Assembly (NCBI GenBank): GCA_049515895.1
Contig: JBEKTQ010000019.1
Span: 1-64,000 of the forward strand
From: Candidatus Bathyarchaeia archaeon
GTDB taxonomy: Archaea; Thermoproteota; Bathyarchaeia; Bathyarchaeales; Bathycorpusculaceae
Reading direction: 5' to 3'
DNA: 64,000 bases
Shown: positions 39,643-49,535 of the stretch, piece by piece
How the letters are laid out: every line of letters starts with the position of its first letter
Position numbering within the stretch: the stretch's first letter is position 1
The notes under the pieces: model-generated
The model's input: the letters and a program-made list of their open reading frames with translations, nothing else
The model's database searches: none
Told to the model about the DNA's origin: nothing
Made by a program: the position numbers and the translations under genes

Positions 39643-39882
39643 TCACTCGATAGACAATTCTTCCAAGAGAGAAAAGCCAGTCAAGTGTATATGACTCTTA
39701 CAGGTGTTGCAGCAAATCACCACTTCTTTCAAACCGTGACTGTTAACTTTGGGCTCTACAATGCTGTATGTCTTTTCTGTGGTCTCGTCTGGTGATATGA
39801 TGCTTCCGCATCTTGGACATGGAAAGTCTCCGTCTCCGTCCATTTTAGTTAAATCCAGCTTGTACGCTTGTGTTTGTGCCAT
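39643..39882 (-). CDS. Small zinc-finger protein
   Basis: DLTK.DGDGDFPCPRCG..ISPD...CNTC. Confidence 0.75.
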   Translation of the reverse strand: MAQTQAYKLDLTKMDGDGDFPCPRCGSIISPDETTEKTYSIVEPKVNSHGLKEVVICCNTCKSHIHLTGFSLLEELSIE

Positions 39883-40050
39883 TTCTCTTACCTTGTTTAT
39901 AATTCCATGTTGCAATTTATAAAATTAAGTTGTAACATGATGAAACAACATTCACGTGCTGGACTTAACCAGAGCCTTTTCAGCCTCAATTTTTCTCCAT
40001 CACATAATTAGAACTAAAAAAAAGGAAGGGAAAGTTTTGTTGTTCCTTAT

Positions 40051-43000
40051 TTATGGTCGTTTTCTGTTGAGCATCAGCATTATTACGGCGCCGATGATGA
40101 TTATCACTATGATAATCGCTATGATTCCGTACATGACCGTGGTGTTTGATGCTAAACCAGTGAGTGGCGTTGCTGCTGGTGCAGGTGTTGCTGCTGGTGA
40201 GCTGGCGTAGAAGGCTGTTGCGGAGGTTGATGGCCAGTAAGCGTTGGTCCCTGCGAAAGCGGCGTATACAGTGTAGTTGCCTGGTATGTCAGGTTTCCAC
40301 GATAGCGCATACATCCCGTTTGCGTTGGTTGTGGCTGTGCCGATTTGCCTGTAGTTGTTGTTTGAGTCTAAGACGAAGATGTTAACTGGGACGCCGATGA
40401 AGTTGGTCGGTGCAGGTTGTTGCTGGTAAACGTAGCCCATCCATGCCGTCATGCTAGCGTCTGATGCGCATGGGACACCGTTTGGAAAGTCAGAGGCTTG
40501 TTGGCTTTGCGTTGTACCTGTGGCAATGTCCGTTACTGTGCCTGTTATCGTTACCGGTGTGGCGGTTGTTACTCCAACATTAGGTGCTGTAACTGTGGTT
40601 TTGCTGGGTCCTCTGCCTACGCTGTAGATTTGGTTATTGTAGCCGTTCATGAACGTTGCGTAACCATCTGCGACGACGTACTCGGAACCTGGTACACTCC
40701 ATATGCTTGGGTAGTCAGAGAGTTGCCATATTAGTTTCCCAGTGGTGGCGTTGATAGCTGTGGTTACTGCACCTTTGTAAATTGGGTTTGGTACCGTGTG
40801 TTCGTTGGTTGCTAGGTATATAACTCCATTTGCGACGGCCTGTATCATTGTTGGGTAATCACCATAAAAGATGTTCAAGCCACCGTAAGTGCTGTTGTCT
40901 GAGCCCGGCGGACCGTTTCCATATGTCCACAGCAGATTTCCTGTTGTGAGGCTATAGGCGTAGCAGATTCCACCAAATGAGCTGTCATAGAGATTGCCGT
41001 ATGCAGTAGTGCCTGGTAAATTGACGGTTCCTGGGTAACCGTAGTAGTCCCAAGAGCCTTGTGATGGTGTTGGACCCCATAGTTGATTGCCGGTTGCAAG
41101 ACTGTATCCGACGAATTGCATTGTTTCCAGATAACTGAAAGTGAATACTCCTGTTTGGAAGTCGACCGGTTCCTGTACCAAGCTTTCGTTACCCGGAGGG
41201 GGATTGTATGTTTTGGTCCAGAGGACAGAGCCGATGGCGCCTTTAGATGCGTTTAGGTTTACAGCGAAGTATACGAATGGAAGCTGTGGGTAGCCTTTGT
41301 TGGTTGCGGCAAAGCCTTGAGGTAGCGAGCCCTCTCTGCAAAGCATCATGTTGCCATACTGGACTGCCACAATCGCCACAGGATTTGCTCCTGCAGGTGG
41401 TGTCACTAATGCTCCTGTAACAGGGTTCACTCCATTAGGTGGTGGTGGCATGGTGTTTAGCCATGGGATCGAAACGTTCCAGTCGTAAGTGGTTAACGAA
41501 TCTTGGTTAATGGTATAGATGGGCGTTGTTGTTCCTGGCAAGTTAAGGGTGTCATGGATAGGAATGTTTGCGTTAACCGTGATAGCTGAACCCGCTGGCA
41601 CTGTAGCTATGAGACCGTTTGGAGCTGTAGCGGTTGAAATACCCGTGTCTGGTGGGGGTAGGCTTCCGCTGCCAGCTGAACCGACGACGGCGCCTCCGAT
41701 GAGGACTCCGTTTGATGCATTAACAACTGCTGGTGATAGACTTCCGCCGCCTGTGTATGGGTTAATGTCGTATTGCCATAGTCTAGACATGTTCCATTCA
41801 GATAGGTACCATTGTGGATTTGCTGCGCTGCCGTCATTTGCTATGACAAATCTTAGTGGTTCACCGCTTGGACCCATAATGTTTGGGCTTACAACGGTGT
41901 TTGCGAAAATTACTGTTGATGTGCTGACTGGTATCACGAATGATGTGCTTGATGGAATGCTGGTCACGTTGAAAAGTGAGACGCCCGTATATGCATCGTA
42001 GAGTTGCCAGTTACCGTTTACTGGGTTGGTTGCGACTAGGATTGGTGGGAAAACTCCGTGTTGATCTGGATCCCACAGGTTGTAGAGATAAACGAATGAC
42101 AGCGGAGGTACTGCGGTTGATGACCAGAGTTGTTTCCCTGTCATCAAGTTGACGCAGATTGTCGGTCCACTTGCTCCACCTGAGAAAGATACTGGTGCGG
42201 TGTAGAAGAGGTATCCGTCGACTATTATGGGGTTGGTGTATCTTGGCTGGTAAGAAGAGCCCTCCCAGTATTGGACTCCTTCGGGACTGTTAGGATCTGA
42301 ACCGCCAGTGGTGAATGAGTTTCCTCCGACTACTCCTCCGAAATCAAGTTGGCTTGTCCACATGATATGGGAAGTTGTAGGCCCTACTGCGTCTGAATGG
42401 TATAGTGTGGCAAAAGTTGTTCCGCCGTAGCCTTGTGGTGGTGCTAGGCTAGCGCCAAGCCAGTTTGATGTAATCGTGTACCAATTTGTGTTTTCACCGT
42501 ATACTGGGCTTTCCCAGTAAGCGGTTGGAAGTGGTGAACTGCCGACGGGCGCTGGGATAGGTGATTGCTGAACGGTTAGGGTTGTTCTTGCTGAGCTTGG
42601 TAGGTAAGTGTCGCCTATCAATACTGAGCCGGAGTAGCCGTTGCCATTTGCTCCGTAAACTTGTCCTGGGTATGTGAATATCAGGGTGTATGTTCCGGTT
42701 GCTGTTGGAGTAAATGCTGTTTCCTGGTTTGATGTTGTGTCATGAACAACTGGGTATATCGTTGTTGTTGCTGCGCCACTGGGTGGTACAATGGTTAGGT
42801 TGTAGTTCATGAATCTGTAGGTGTTAGAAAGAAGTGCTGCGCTCGCTGTTGCTCCGTTGGTTCCTACGGCTGCTGTGGTTCCGCCTGCGGCACCGTAAAC
42901 TTCGTCAAGCCACATGTAAACTTGTATTGTTTGGCCGACGCCTATAGGGTTAGGCGACGCAACAATGTAAGCGTACGTTGGAATATTCCAAGCCGGCGAA

Positions 43001-43101
43001 TGCGCATATGCGGACGGCATCAATATCACTGAAGCTGACATTGAAAATGTTAAAAGTGCTGCAATCAGAATAGACATAGATTTACTTTTCAGTTTTTTCA
43101 T
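40051..43101 (-). CDS. Large surface protein with PQQ-like beta-propeller repeats, paralog 1 (leader type A, body type X)
   Basis: Signal peptide, PNPIGVGQ, YSL.TG.LLW repeats, YNNQIYSVGRGPSKTTV, FPNGVPCASDASM, TM anchor; start set by homology to paralog 2. Confidence 0.9.
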   Translation of the reverse strand: MKKLKSKSMSILIAALLTFSMSASVILMPSAYAHSPAWNIPTYAYIVASPNPIGVGQTIQVYMWLDEVYGAAGGTTAAVGTNGATASAALLSNTYRFMNYNLTIVPPSGAATTTIYPVVHDTTSNQETAFTPTATGTYTLIFTYPGQVYGANGNGYSGSVLIGDTYLPSSARTTLTVQQSPIPAPVGSSPLPTAYWESPVYGENTNWYTITSNWLGASLAPPQGYGGTTFATLYHSDAVGPTTSHIMWTSQLDFGGVVGGNSFTTGGSDPNSPEGVQYWEGSSYQPRYTNPIIVDGYLFYTAPVSFSGGASGPTICVNLMTGKQLWSSTAVPPLSFVYLYNLWDPDQHGVFPPILVATNPVNGNWQLYDAYTGVSLFNVTSIPSSTSFVIPVSTSTVIFANTVVSPNIMGPSGEPLRFVIANDGSAANPQWYLSEWNMSRLWQYDINPYTGGGSLSPAVVNASNGVLIGGAVVGSAGSGSLPPPDTGISTATAPNGLIATVPAGSAITVNANIPIHDTLNLPGTTTPIYTINQDSLTTYDWNVSIPWLNTMPPPPNGVNPVTGALVTPPAGANPVAIVAVQYGNMMLCREGSLPQGFAATNKGYPQLPFVYFAVNLNASKGAIGSVLWTKTYNPPPGNESLVQEPVDFQTGVFTFSYLETMQFVGYSLATGNQLWGPTPSQGSWDYYGYPGTVNLPGTTAYGNLYDSSFGGICYAYSLTTGNLLWTYGNGPPGSDNSTYGGLNIFYGDYPTMIQAVANGVIYLATNEHTVPNPIYKGAVTTAINATTGKLIWQLSDYPSIWSVPGSEYVVADGYATFMNGYNNQIYSVGRGPSKTTVTAPNVGVTTATPVTITGTVTDIATGTTQSQQASDFPNGVPCASDASMTAWMGYVYQQQPAPTNFIGVPVNIFVLDSNNNYRQIGTATTNANGMYALSWKPDIPGNYTVYAAFAGTNAYWPSTSATAFYASSPAATPAPAATPLTGLASNTTVMYGIIAIIIVIIIIGAVIMLMLNRKRP

Positions 43102-43130
43102 TTTTCCTTTTTTCTCCATTTTTGTGTTCT

Positions 43131-43210
43131 TAGTTAGAAGAAGTAGCTTTAATGCATCTCATTGAGAATGAGCGTCGACAAGATTGACTAAAACTGCCTT
43201 CCCCTAACTA
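43131..43210 (-). promoter_or_regulatory. Putative structured 5' leader (type A) of propeller paralog 1
   Basis: TAGTTAGGGGAAGGCAGTTTT pairs with AAAGCTACTTCTTCTAACTA; homolog at 52251-52330. Confidence 0.55.
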
Positions 43211-43333
43211 CTCTGAACTTATCCTTTTTCAGGCTAAAAAAGTTTGCTACAAATTGGCTAGTGCTTGCTTGCCATTCAGGGAGAAAGGTAGTTGAGTGAC
43301 AGAAGCCATTTAGCGCAGTGAAAAATCCTGCAC

Positions 43334-43610
43334 TTTTGTTCTTTGTGTTTTGGGTTGCTTTCTTGGTTTGGGGTTTGGTTTGGTTGCAGGTTGCGGTTTA
43401 AAAAGTCTAAATTCGTCGTAAAAAGTCTGCTAAAGTCTACTAACGTCAATAGAAGTCAATAGTCGTCTGCCAAAGTCAATAGTCGTCTAAAAAAGTCAAC
43501 ATTGATGAGGGGATTAACGACATTAGACGATGGAAAATTTTCGAATTCTCCCTAAATCTCCTTAAATCTCCCAAATTCTCCCTAAATCTCCCTTTTTCTC
43601 CCGAAATCTA
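43334..43610 (+). repeat. Dispersed element copy 4: leader, 10 GTC decamers (43401-43500) and 7 AAATCTC-type decamers (43541-43610)
   Basis: TTTGTGTTTTGGGTTGCTTTCTTG leader; both arrays in exact 10-bp phase. Confidence 0.9.
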
Positions 43611-43871
43611 TGAAAAAGTCAACCTTTAGAATAATTAGACGCCGCTTCTCCAACCATTTTCGGAATATGTTCACAGTGGGCTGCCACTTGCTACACCTCT
43701 TTGCGTGGTTGCTGAAATTCTCATTAAGTTAAGGCAATGTCGAAGCCGCAACCAGCCTCCCTTTGGAGTCAAAAAACATACTGGCTGCTTTAGGATTTTG
43801 GAGCAAGCGCGCTTGTAGTAAGTATTATGAATTCATAAACCATTTATTTAGCGCCAGCCTCTCTTACTTCC

Positions 43872-44372
43872 ATGAACAAAATAAGGTCCATAAAGCACTT
43901 AATACCGCTGAAGCTTTTTATTCCAATTCTAGTCATCTCCATACTCGCAACCGTTTCTTTCGCTGCAAGCGTAACAATAAACACGACGACTTCTCAGGCA
44001 GTTCAAGGTGTCATCTACAACGTTGTAGGAGGCTTTACCGCAACCCCGAACCAATTCGCTGTCACCTATAATGCGGCAACTGCAACAACTCTGCCTGCAA
44101 CTTGGACCCCTAATGGTGTTGTCACAACCGCAACAACCTTCGGCAACTGGCAGTACTCGCTAACCGTTACCATCAATGCGGCAGCTTCCGCGAGCACCAC
44201 GTACACAGTGACAGTAACATGGAACACAGGAACCGGATATACCACATTGGGCAGCGCCCTCACCTTCACTACGCCATCAAGTATAACACCTGGAGAGACG
44301 ATGACTTTCGTGTTTAACACCGGCCAAACCACATTCAATGCGCCAGCAGGAATGCTGATAACAATAGCTTAG
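43872..44372 (+). CDS. Secreted Thr-rich single-domain protein, pilin/fibre subunit candidate 1
   Basis: Signal peptide ending VSFA, mature ASVTINTTTSQAVQGVIYNV, no membrane anchor. Confidence 0.8.
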   Translation: MNKIRSIKHLIPLKLFIPILVISILATVSFAASVTINTTTSQAVQGVIYNVVGGFTATPNQFAVTYNAATATTLPATWTPNGVVTTATTFGNWQYSLTVTINAAASASTTYTVTVTWNTGTGYTTLGSALTFTTPSSITPGETMTFVFNTGQTTFNAPAGMLITIA

Positions 44373-44474
44373 GAAGGGATCCTTTCTTTAACGGAAAGGA
44401 ACCTACAAAACGTTTTTGTAATGTGTATTCTCAATTCATAAGTTCTATATTTATTGCCGAACTCTTTCCTATTC

Positions 44475-44975
44475 ATGAACAAAATAAAATCGCTAAAGCA
44501 CTTAATACCACTGAAGCTGTTTATTCCAATCCTAGTAATCTCAGTGCTCGCTGTTGTGTCTTTCGCTGCAAGCGTAACAATAAACACGACGACTTCTCAG
44601 GCTGTTCAAGGTGTCATCTACAACGTTAATGGCGGCTTTACTGCAGCCACAAACGGATTCGCCGTAACTTATAGTGCCGCAACTGCAACAACACTACCCG
44701 CAACTTGGGCAAACACTGGTACTGTCACAACCGCAACAGTCGTCGGCAATTGGCAGTACTCGCTAACACTTACCCTTAACGCAGCAGCTACCGCGAGCAC
44801 CACGTACACAGTAACGGTACAATGGAATACAGGAAGTGGGTACACCACAATGGGCACCGCACTCACTGTCACAACATTATCGAGTATAACTGCAGGACAG
44901 ACAATGACCTTCGTCCTTAACACCGGTGTAAGTACATTTAGCGCTCCAGTAGGAATAATGATAACGGTGGCGTAG
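44475..44975 (+). CDS. Secreted Thr-rich single-domain protein, pilin/fibre subunit candidate 2
   Basis: Tandem paralog of the same length with near-identical N-terminal ~50 aa and similar upstream region. Confidence 0.8.
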   Translation: MNKIKSLKHLIPLKLFIPILVISVLAVVSFAASVTINTTTSQAVQGVIYNVNGGFTAATNGFAVTYSAATATTLPATWANTGTVTTATVVGNWQYSLTLTLNAAATASTTYTVTVQWNTGSGYTTMGTALTVTTLSSITAGQTMTFVLNTGVSTFSAPVGIMITVA

Positions 44976-45059
44976 GATGAAAAATATTCCGCCCGAAGGA
45001 TTGAGGCGCTCTCTTTCCTTCTTTTCATAGTTTTATGATTAAAAGAAGGTTTTCAAAAC

Positions 45060-46670
45060 GTGAAAACCCTGATTTTCGCCCTTCTTTTCATTGCAATTAT
45101 TATAGCAGTCTCATTTGCAAGTCCAGTGCTCGTATCGAACGTAAAATCTCAAACGCAATATGGCACACTAACCTATATGTACTATGAGACAAGCGCCGGT
45201 CCTGGGAGCTCAACTCCCAGCACGAACACTGCCCCCACTCCCTCGGGTAGCAGTGGCTCATATTCTTTAGCCAGAGCCTCAACAGCTTACCTTTGGTCCC
45301 CTCAATTCGGAAGCGCAACCACGATAAATGCAGGCAACTGGGTTCTAGGAGTTTGGGCCACCTCAACAAGTTTCATTGTAAGTTACATCCCCATCACAAT
45401 CACCAACAGCCAGTCATCAGCCACACCATCTACATTTCAAGAAATGATAACCTGGAATCCCTCTAGCTACACGAGTTATGAAGCATCCAACCTGGGCAAT
45501 ATCCGCTTCTATAGCGACAGCGCATTTACCGCACCTTTATACGCGTGGCTTGAATCCTGCACCCCCTCCCTTTCCAACTCGGCAACCTCCGCGACAGCAT
45601 GGGTCAAACTCACAAGCTCAATCGCCGCAAGCGGGGGCACACTCACGATATACATGGCTTTCCTCTCCACAGCCACGAACTTTGACGGTAGCTACTGGGG
45701 AGACGCACCCAATCTCTCTGGAACTTACGGCGCTTACGACAACGGGGTCAATGTCTTCAATGCGTATTTCAATGGCAATACTGCAACTTCAAGCTTCTCT
45801 GTGTATAGCGGAGATACGCTGTCGCAGGCAACAGGCGTTTCTGGTCCTGGGGGAACGACAATTAACGCGATAAAAGTAACGGGTACCACAGGTGCGCACG
45901 TCCCCGCCTTCTCATTCAATAAGGCCATGAGCAATGGCGCTCTAATAGTGGAATCGAGCTTTAGCCTTGCTGGGGATACTGCGGATGCAACAGGCGCCGT
46001 TGGACTCGCAGACAATGCAGCAGTTACGAGTATAGGAAATGGAATTACCGCGCAGATGGGGTACGCTAGTAGTTATTTCAGCCAAGCCTATGAGGTTGGT
46101 GGCACAGCAACTCTCGACGTGAACGGCGCGGGGACATCAAATACGAACTGGGAATATGCCAGTGTGACATACACTGGTTCAGCTGCATCATCGTGGAGTG
46201 CATACATAGCCCCACAGCTTTACTCGACAACAGGCGGATATTCTGGCACGGTCTCGAATAACCCACTGAGTTCCGCAACTAACCTATATATTGGTCAAAT
46301 AAGCGGTTCACTTGCCATTAACGTGAACTATAACTTCATGCGTGCTAGGGCCTACCCTCCTAACAACGTCATGCCCTCAATCTCTTTTGGCAGCTTATCC
46401 TTAGCGGTTAATTCAATCCAAGTATCCATTTACGTTACAAACTCAGCGGGAACCATACAGAGCACCGTGGCAAGCAACGTTCAATCACCCACCATAGGCA
46501 GTTCGGCAACCCAGTACATGATGAGTTTCGCTGGCAGTCAAGTCGCCGTTCCTCAGAATGGATACATCACGATTATGTTCTCGGCAACCCAAATCGCTTC
46601 TTACACCATATATTGGGGACAAGGACAACCAACTAACTTCCAGGTGCCGTATCGAGTCTTAACGACATAG
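45060..46670 (+). CDS. Secreted adhesin-like protein with a DUF2341-like internal module
   Basis: Signal peptide; YIPITITNSQSSATPSTFQ...NLGNIRFY...LYAWLES...AWVKL; ARAYPPN.VMP; no TM anchor. Confidence 0.8.
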   Translation: MKTLIFALLFIAIIIAVSFASPVLVSNVKSQTQYGTLTYMYYETSAGPGSSTPSTNTAPTPSGSSGSYSLARASTAYLWSPQFGSATTINAGNWVLGVWATSTSFIVSYIPITITNSQSSATPSTFQEMITWNPSSYTSYEASNLGNIRFYSDSAFTAPLYAWLESCTPSLSNSATSATAWVKLTSSIAASGGTLTIYMAFLSTATNFDGSYWGDAPNLSGTYGAYDNGVNVFNAYFNGNTATSSFSVYSGDTLSQATGVSGPGGTTINAIKVTGTTGAHVPAFSFNKAMSNGALIVESSFSLAGDTADATGAVGLADNAAVTSIGNGITAQMGYASSYFSQAYEVGGTATLDVNGAGTSNTNWEYASVTYTGSAASSWSAYIAPQLYSTTGGYSGTVSNNPLSSATNLYIGQISGSLAINVNYNFMRARAYPPNNVMPSISFGSLSLAVNSIQVSIYVTNSAGTIQSTVASNVQSPTIGSSATQYMMSFAGSQVAVPQNGYITIMFSATQIASYTIYWGQGQPTNFQVPYRVLTT

Positions 46671-46918
46671 AGGTGCACATGATACATGAAACTTCGCTCT
46701 ACGAGAAGAACCGCGACGGTTCTCACAATTGCAGTTGATGTGCTGCGAGTGTTCTTTCCGTTTTTTACAGATGAGAACAGGCATCCCATGCAGCGTGCGC
46801 CTGTGCAAAGATACTTTGAGTCGGTAATAGCCGTAACGGAAAAAGTAGTAACCGTCAAGTGGGGAGGCATTTAACCAACAGATTCCAAGTTGCTTTCGCT
46901 TACACTTAGGCGCATCAA

Positions 46919-47809
46919 ATGAAGTGGACCAAAAAGAGAGTGGAGGTATTGCTCCTAGTGGTCGTTGTCTTAATCGTGATTATCCTTCCCCTTTATGCTC
47001 GCACCAAGTCTTACCCTTTAGCTATAGTCAGCGGAAACAGTATGTACCCTACCCTGCAGAACGGGGACTTGGTCTTTTATAAGGCGACCAATGCAGCGGA
47101 CCTTCGTAACGGAACCATAATCGTGTTCGTTCAGGGCGATACAAGCGAACCTTTACTAGATGGTTTAGTTCGGCCTGTTCTGATACATAGAATAGTTGGC
47201 GAAGAGATTCAAAGCGACGGGACGGTACTTTATCAAACTAAAGGAGATAACAATCAGGCCAACGACCCATTTCTCACAAAACCCGATCAGGTCCTTGGGG
47301 TCGACGCTCTGACTGTTCCCAAAGTGGGACTTGTGGTGCTTTTTTTGCAGTCGCCTCAAGGTTTGATAGCTACGATTGGAATTATTTCTTTAGCTTATCT
47401 CAGCGTGACAGATATGAAACGAAGAGAAGAGAAGAAGAAAGATCAGCTTCTAGGGGCCCTAGCCAAAAAGGTGCTTAGTGGCGAATTGTCGAATGAGCAA
47501 TTTGAAGAGCTAGAATTGGCCGTGAAATATTCTGATGATATTGAAAGCTCCAATCTCGAAGATCCAAGTGTATTAGCCCTTGTAAATTGGCTGAAGAATG
47601 GCGGTCTTGATCAGAAGTGGGAAATGAAAACTGTAATCTGCACTAAGTGCTCTGGCACTGCAATAAAACTTGAAGGAGAAAAAAATAATCTGCTTACAAT
47701 TTGTCCTAAATGTTACAAAGTGAAGCCATGCAGGACAAATGTCGATTTGACTGAAAAAGAAACTAACGAACTCTCACTATTGTCGTGGAACGAAGCCCTT
47801 TCTTCTTAG
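46919..47809 (+). CDS. Signal peptidase I, ER/SipW-type (Ser-His), with C-terminal zinc-ribbon extension
   Basis: VSGNSMYPTL..GDLV, IHRIV, TKGDNN..NDP, VP.VG TM; CTKC...CPKC. Confidence 0.9.
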   Translation: MKWTKKRVEVLLLVVVVLIVIILPLYARTKSYPLAIVSGNSMYPTLQNGDLVFYKATNAADLRNGTIIVFVQGDTSEPLLDGLVRPVLIHRIVGEEIQSDGTVLYQTKGDNNQANDPFLTKPDQVLGVDALTVPKVGLVVLFLQSPQGLIATIGIISLAYLSVTDMKRREEKKKDQLLGALAKKVLSGELSNEQFEELELAVKYSDDIESSNLEDPSVLALVNWLKNGGLDQKWEMKTVICTKCSGTAIKLEGEKNNLLTICPKCYKVKPCRTNVDLTEKETNELSLLSWNEALSS

Positions 47810-48161
47810 GGAACCGTACCGCACACCTAATTGTAACTGTGTTTGTAATTGATTCTGTTTTAATAGTGGAAGGATAAGAGAGAAAGGAAGATGGAGTCGT
47901 AGTTTTAGGGAGTAGTCAGTAGGGCTTGGAGACTAAATTTTCGCCAAAAACAACGCTGGACTGGAACCCAGTTGGAAATAACGAACTGTCGGGGCTGAGG
48001 TTTGGGCTTTTAAGTGCATGTAATTTCGGGACATGCAGCGCGCTTTGCTCTTTTCTTTCTTTGTTTCGTTTCTTGGTGGGGTTTAGTAAAACTTGACGTC
48101 GCAGGACTTTGCGTAGAATAGCTATTTATTTTCGTCAATTCCCTATTATTTGGGATAAGAA

Positions 48162-48332
48162 ACGCCAATATTCATATGTACTAAATGTGGTCGCAAGATA
48201 AAGGCTGACTATGAAGTATGCTGTACGCATTCCTCGATTTGCAAAGGAGAAAAGCCACCTGACCACTGTGGTCAACCTATGATTGAGGCTATGGATGATT
48301 ATTGTACCTGCAAAAAAAATTGTAACTCCTAA
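48162..48332 (+). CDS. 56-aa Cys-rich metal-binding microprotein, apparent ACG start (not in ORF track)
   Basis: (M)PIFICTKCGRKIKADYEVCCTHSSICKGEKPPDHCGQPMIEAMDDYCTCKKNCNS; 9 Cys; desulforedoxin-like CxxCG...CGQPM. Confidence 0.55.
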   Translation, partial: TPIFICTKCGRKIKADYEVCCTHSSICKGEKPPDHCGQPMIEAMDDYCTCKKNCNS

Positions 48333-48407
48333 TGTGCAGTGCAGATTTAAGACTTATCGCGCCTTCAAAAAGTCAAAAAACAAAAAAAGCAAAAGAAAAA
48401 GTCCATT

Positions 48408-49238
48408 CTAAGCAACATGAATATGATAAAGATAGAATGTTTTGTGTCCAGTTGAGCATTCTGGAATTGCATCTTCATCTTTTAATGTTTTCAGCCAATC
48501 ATTAATCGTTGAGAAACCAGACTTCGCAAGATAAAATCCCAAGTTATCACGCTTTAAATTTATCGGAGACCTTACGTTAAAGGTTGCAGTAGTAAATTCT
48601 GTTCGTGAGTTGTCGAGGTATGTTTTGCAGATATCAACAAACTCTTTGAATTCAATTAAGAGATTTGCATCATAACCCTTGATCCTGTAGTAAGAGTATT
48701 GTGGATTTTCAAAATCTGTAAGTATGAAAACATCGCCATTTTTCTTAAGATAATTGAGGGCATTAGGGTCAATATCGATTTCTAAAATGTTAGCGTCACT
48801 ATTTCCGCTCATATTCTTTTCAGCAAATTGTGAAACAGGAGTGGGCACGCTATGAATCGGCATAGACGTCTCAGGCGGAGCTTCCGTTAGAGCTGCAGAT
48901 TGAGTTGTAGCTGCCTCAGAAGTTTGAGCAAAAGCAGGCGGCAGGGTTTTCAGTGGAGCAGATTTGTTTCTGTAAATATGGGCGAAAGAACTTCTGATTT
49001 CAGGAAGAGCATGCGCGCTTAATTCTAGGAATATGCTTAGAAACAGACAGGCACCGAAGATAATCCAATATTCTAATGTCTCCACAGTAAAGACCGGCAA
49101 ACTTTTCCCTATAGAATCTGACAAGAGAACAAACATGCTCACCATTGCTAAGACAAGGAAAAGTCTGCTGAACCCTATCAGCAAACCCTCTACAGTCTTT
49201 GTCCCAAGCTTCTTTACTGCTTTCGTTTTTGCTGTCAT
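48408..49238 (-). CDS. Hypothetical membrane protein (2 N-terminal TM and soluble domain)
   Basis: 276-aa ORF. Confidence 0.75.
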   Translation of the reverse strand: MTAKTKAVKKLGTKTVEGLLIGFSRLFLVLAMVSMFVLLSDSIGKSLPVFTVETLEYWIIFGACLFLSIFLELSAHALPEIRSSFAHIYRNKSAPLKTLPPAFAQTSEAATTQSAALTEAPPETSMPIHSVPTPVSQFAEKNMSGNSDANILEIDIDPNALNYLKKNGDVFILTDFENPQYSYYRIKGYDANLLIEFKEFVDICKTYLDNSRTEFTTATFNVRSPINLKRDNLGFYLAKSGFSTINDWLKTLKDEDAIPECSTGHKTFYLYHIHVA

Positions 49239-49490
49239 GTGTCTTACCCTTAGATTCTATCCTATACAAATTTAAGACTTATCTTCCGGAAGACTGCTAA
49301 ACTATTCGCCTTTGGTTGGACTGATTTTTTGTGATAATATGTTTTAGTAAATCTACAATGTTCTGAAAAAACTGAGACAGGGCGTACAAAAAATTGACTT
49401 TTACTAAAACCTTGATACATTCAAAAAGCTTTCAAATTTCTGACAGCCTTACTTACATGCCTAGCGTGCCATCTACATTATTTAAAGGAC

Positions 49491-49512
49491 TAAAAAAAGA
49501 AAAGGGAAAGTG
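49491..49512 (-). terminator. Oligo-pyrimidine (archaeal-type) terminator after propeller paralog 2; similar tracts follow paralogs 1, 3, 4 and the 25401 gene
   Basis: Minus strand reads CACTTTCCCTTTTCTTTTTTTA about 25 nt after the stop. Confidence 0.55.
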
Positions 49513-49535
49513 GTTTTTGTTTTTGCTTCTTTGGT

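Noticed and set aside
46679-46874. Selenoprotein or read-through ORF between adhesin and peptidase
   Set aside because: TGA codons do not fall at Cys-equivalent positions, no SECIS seen, and the alternative 62-aa ORF has no recognisable features
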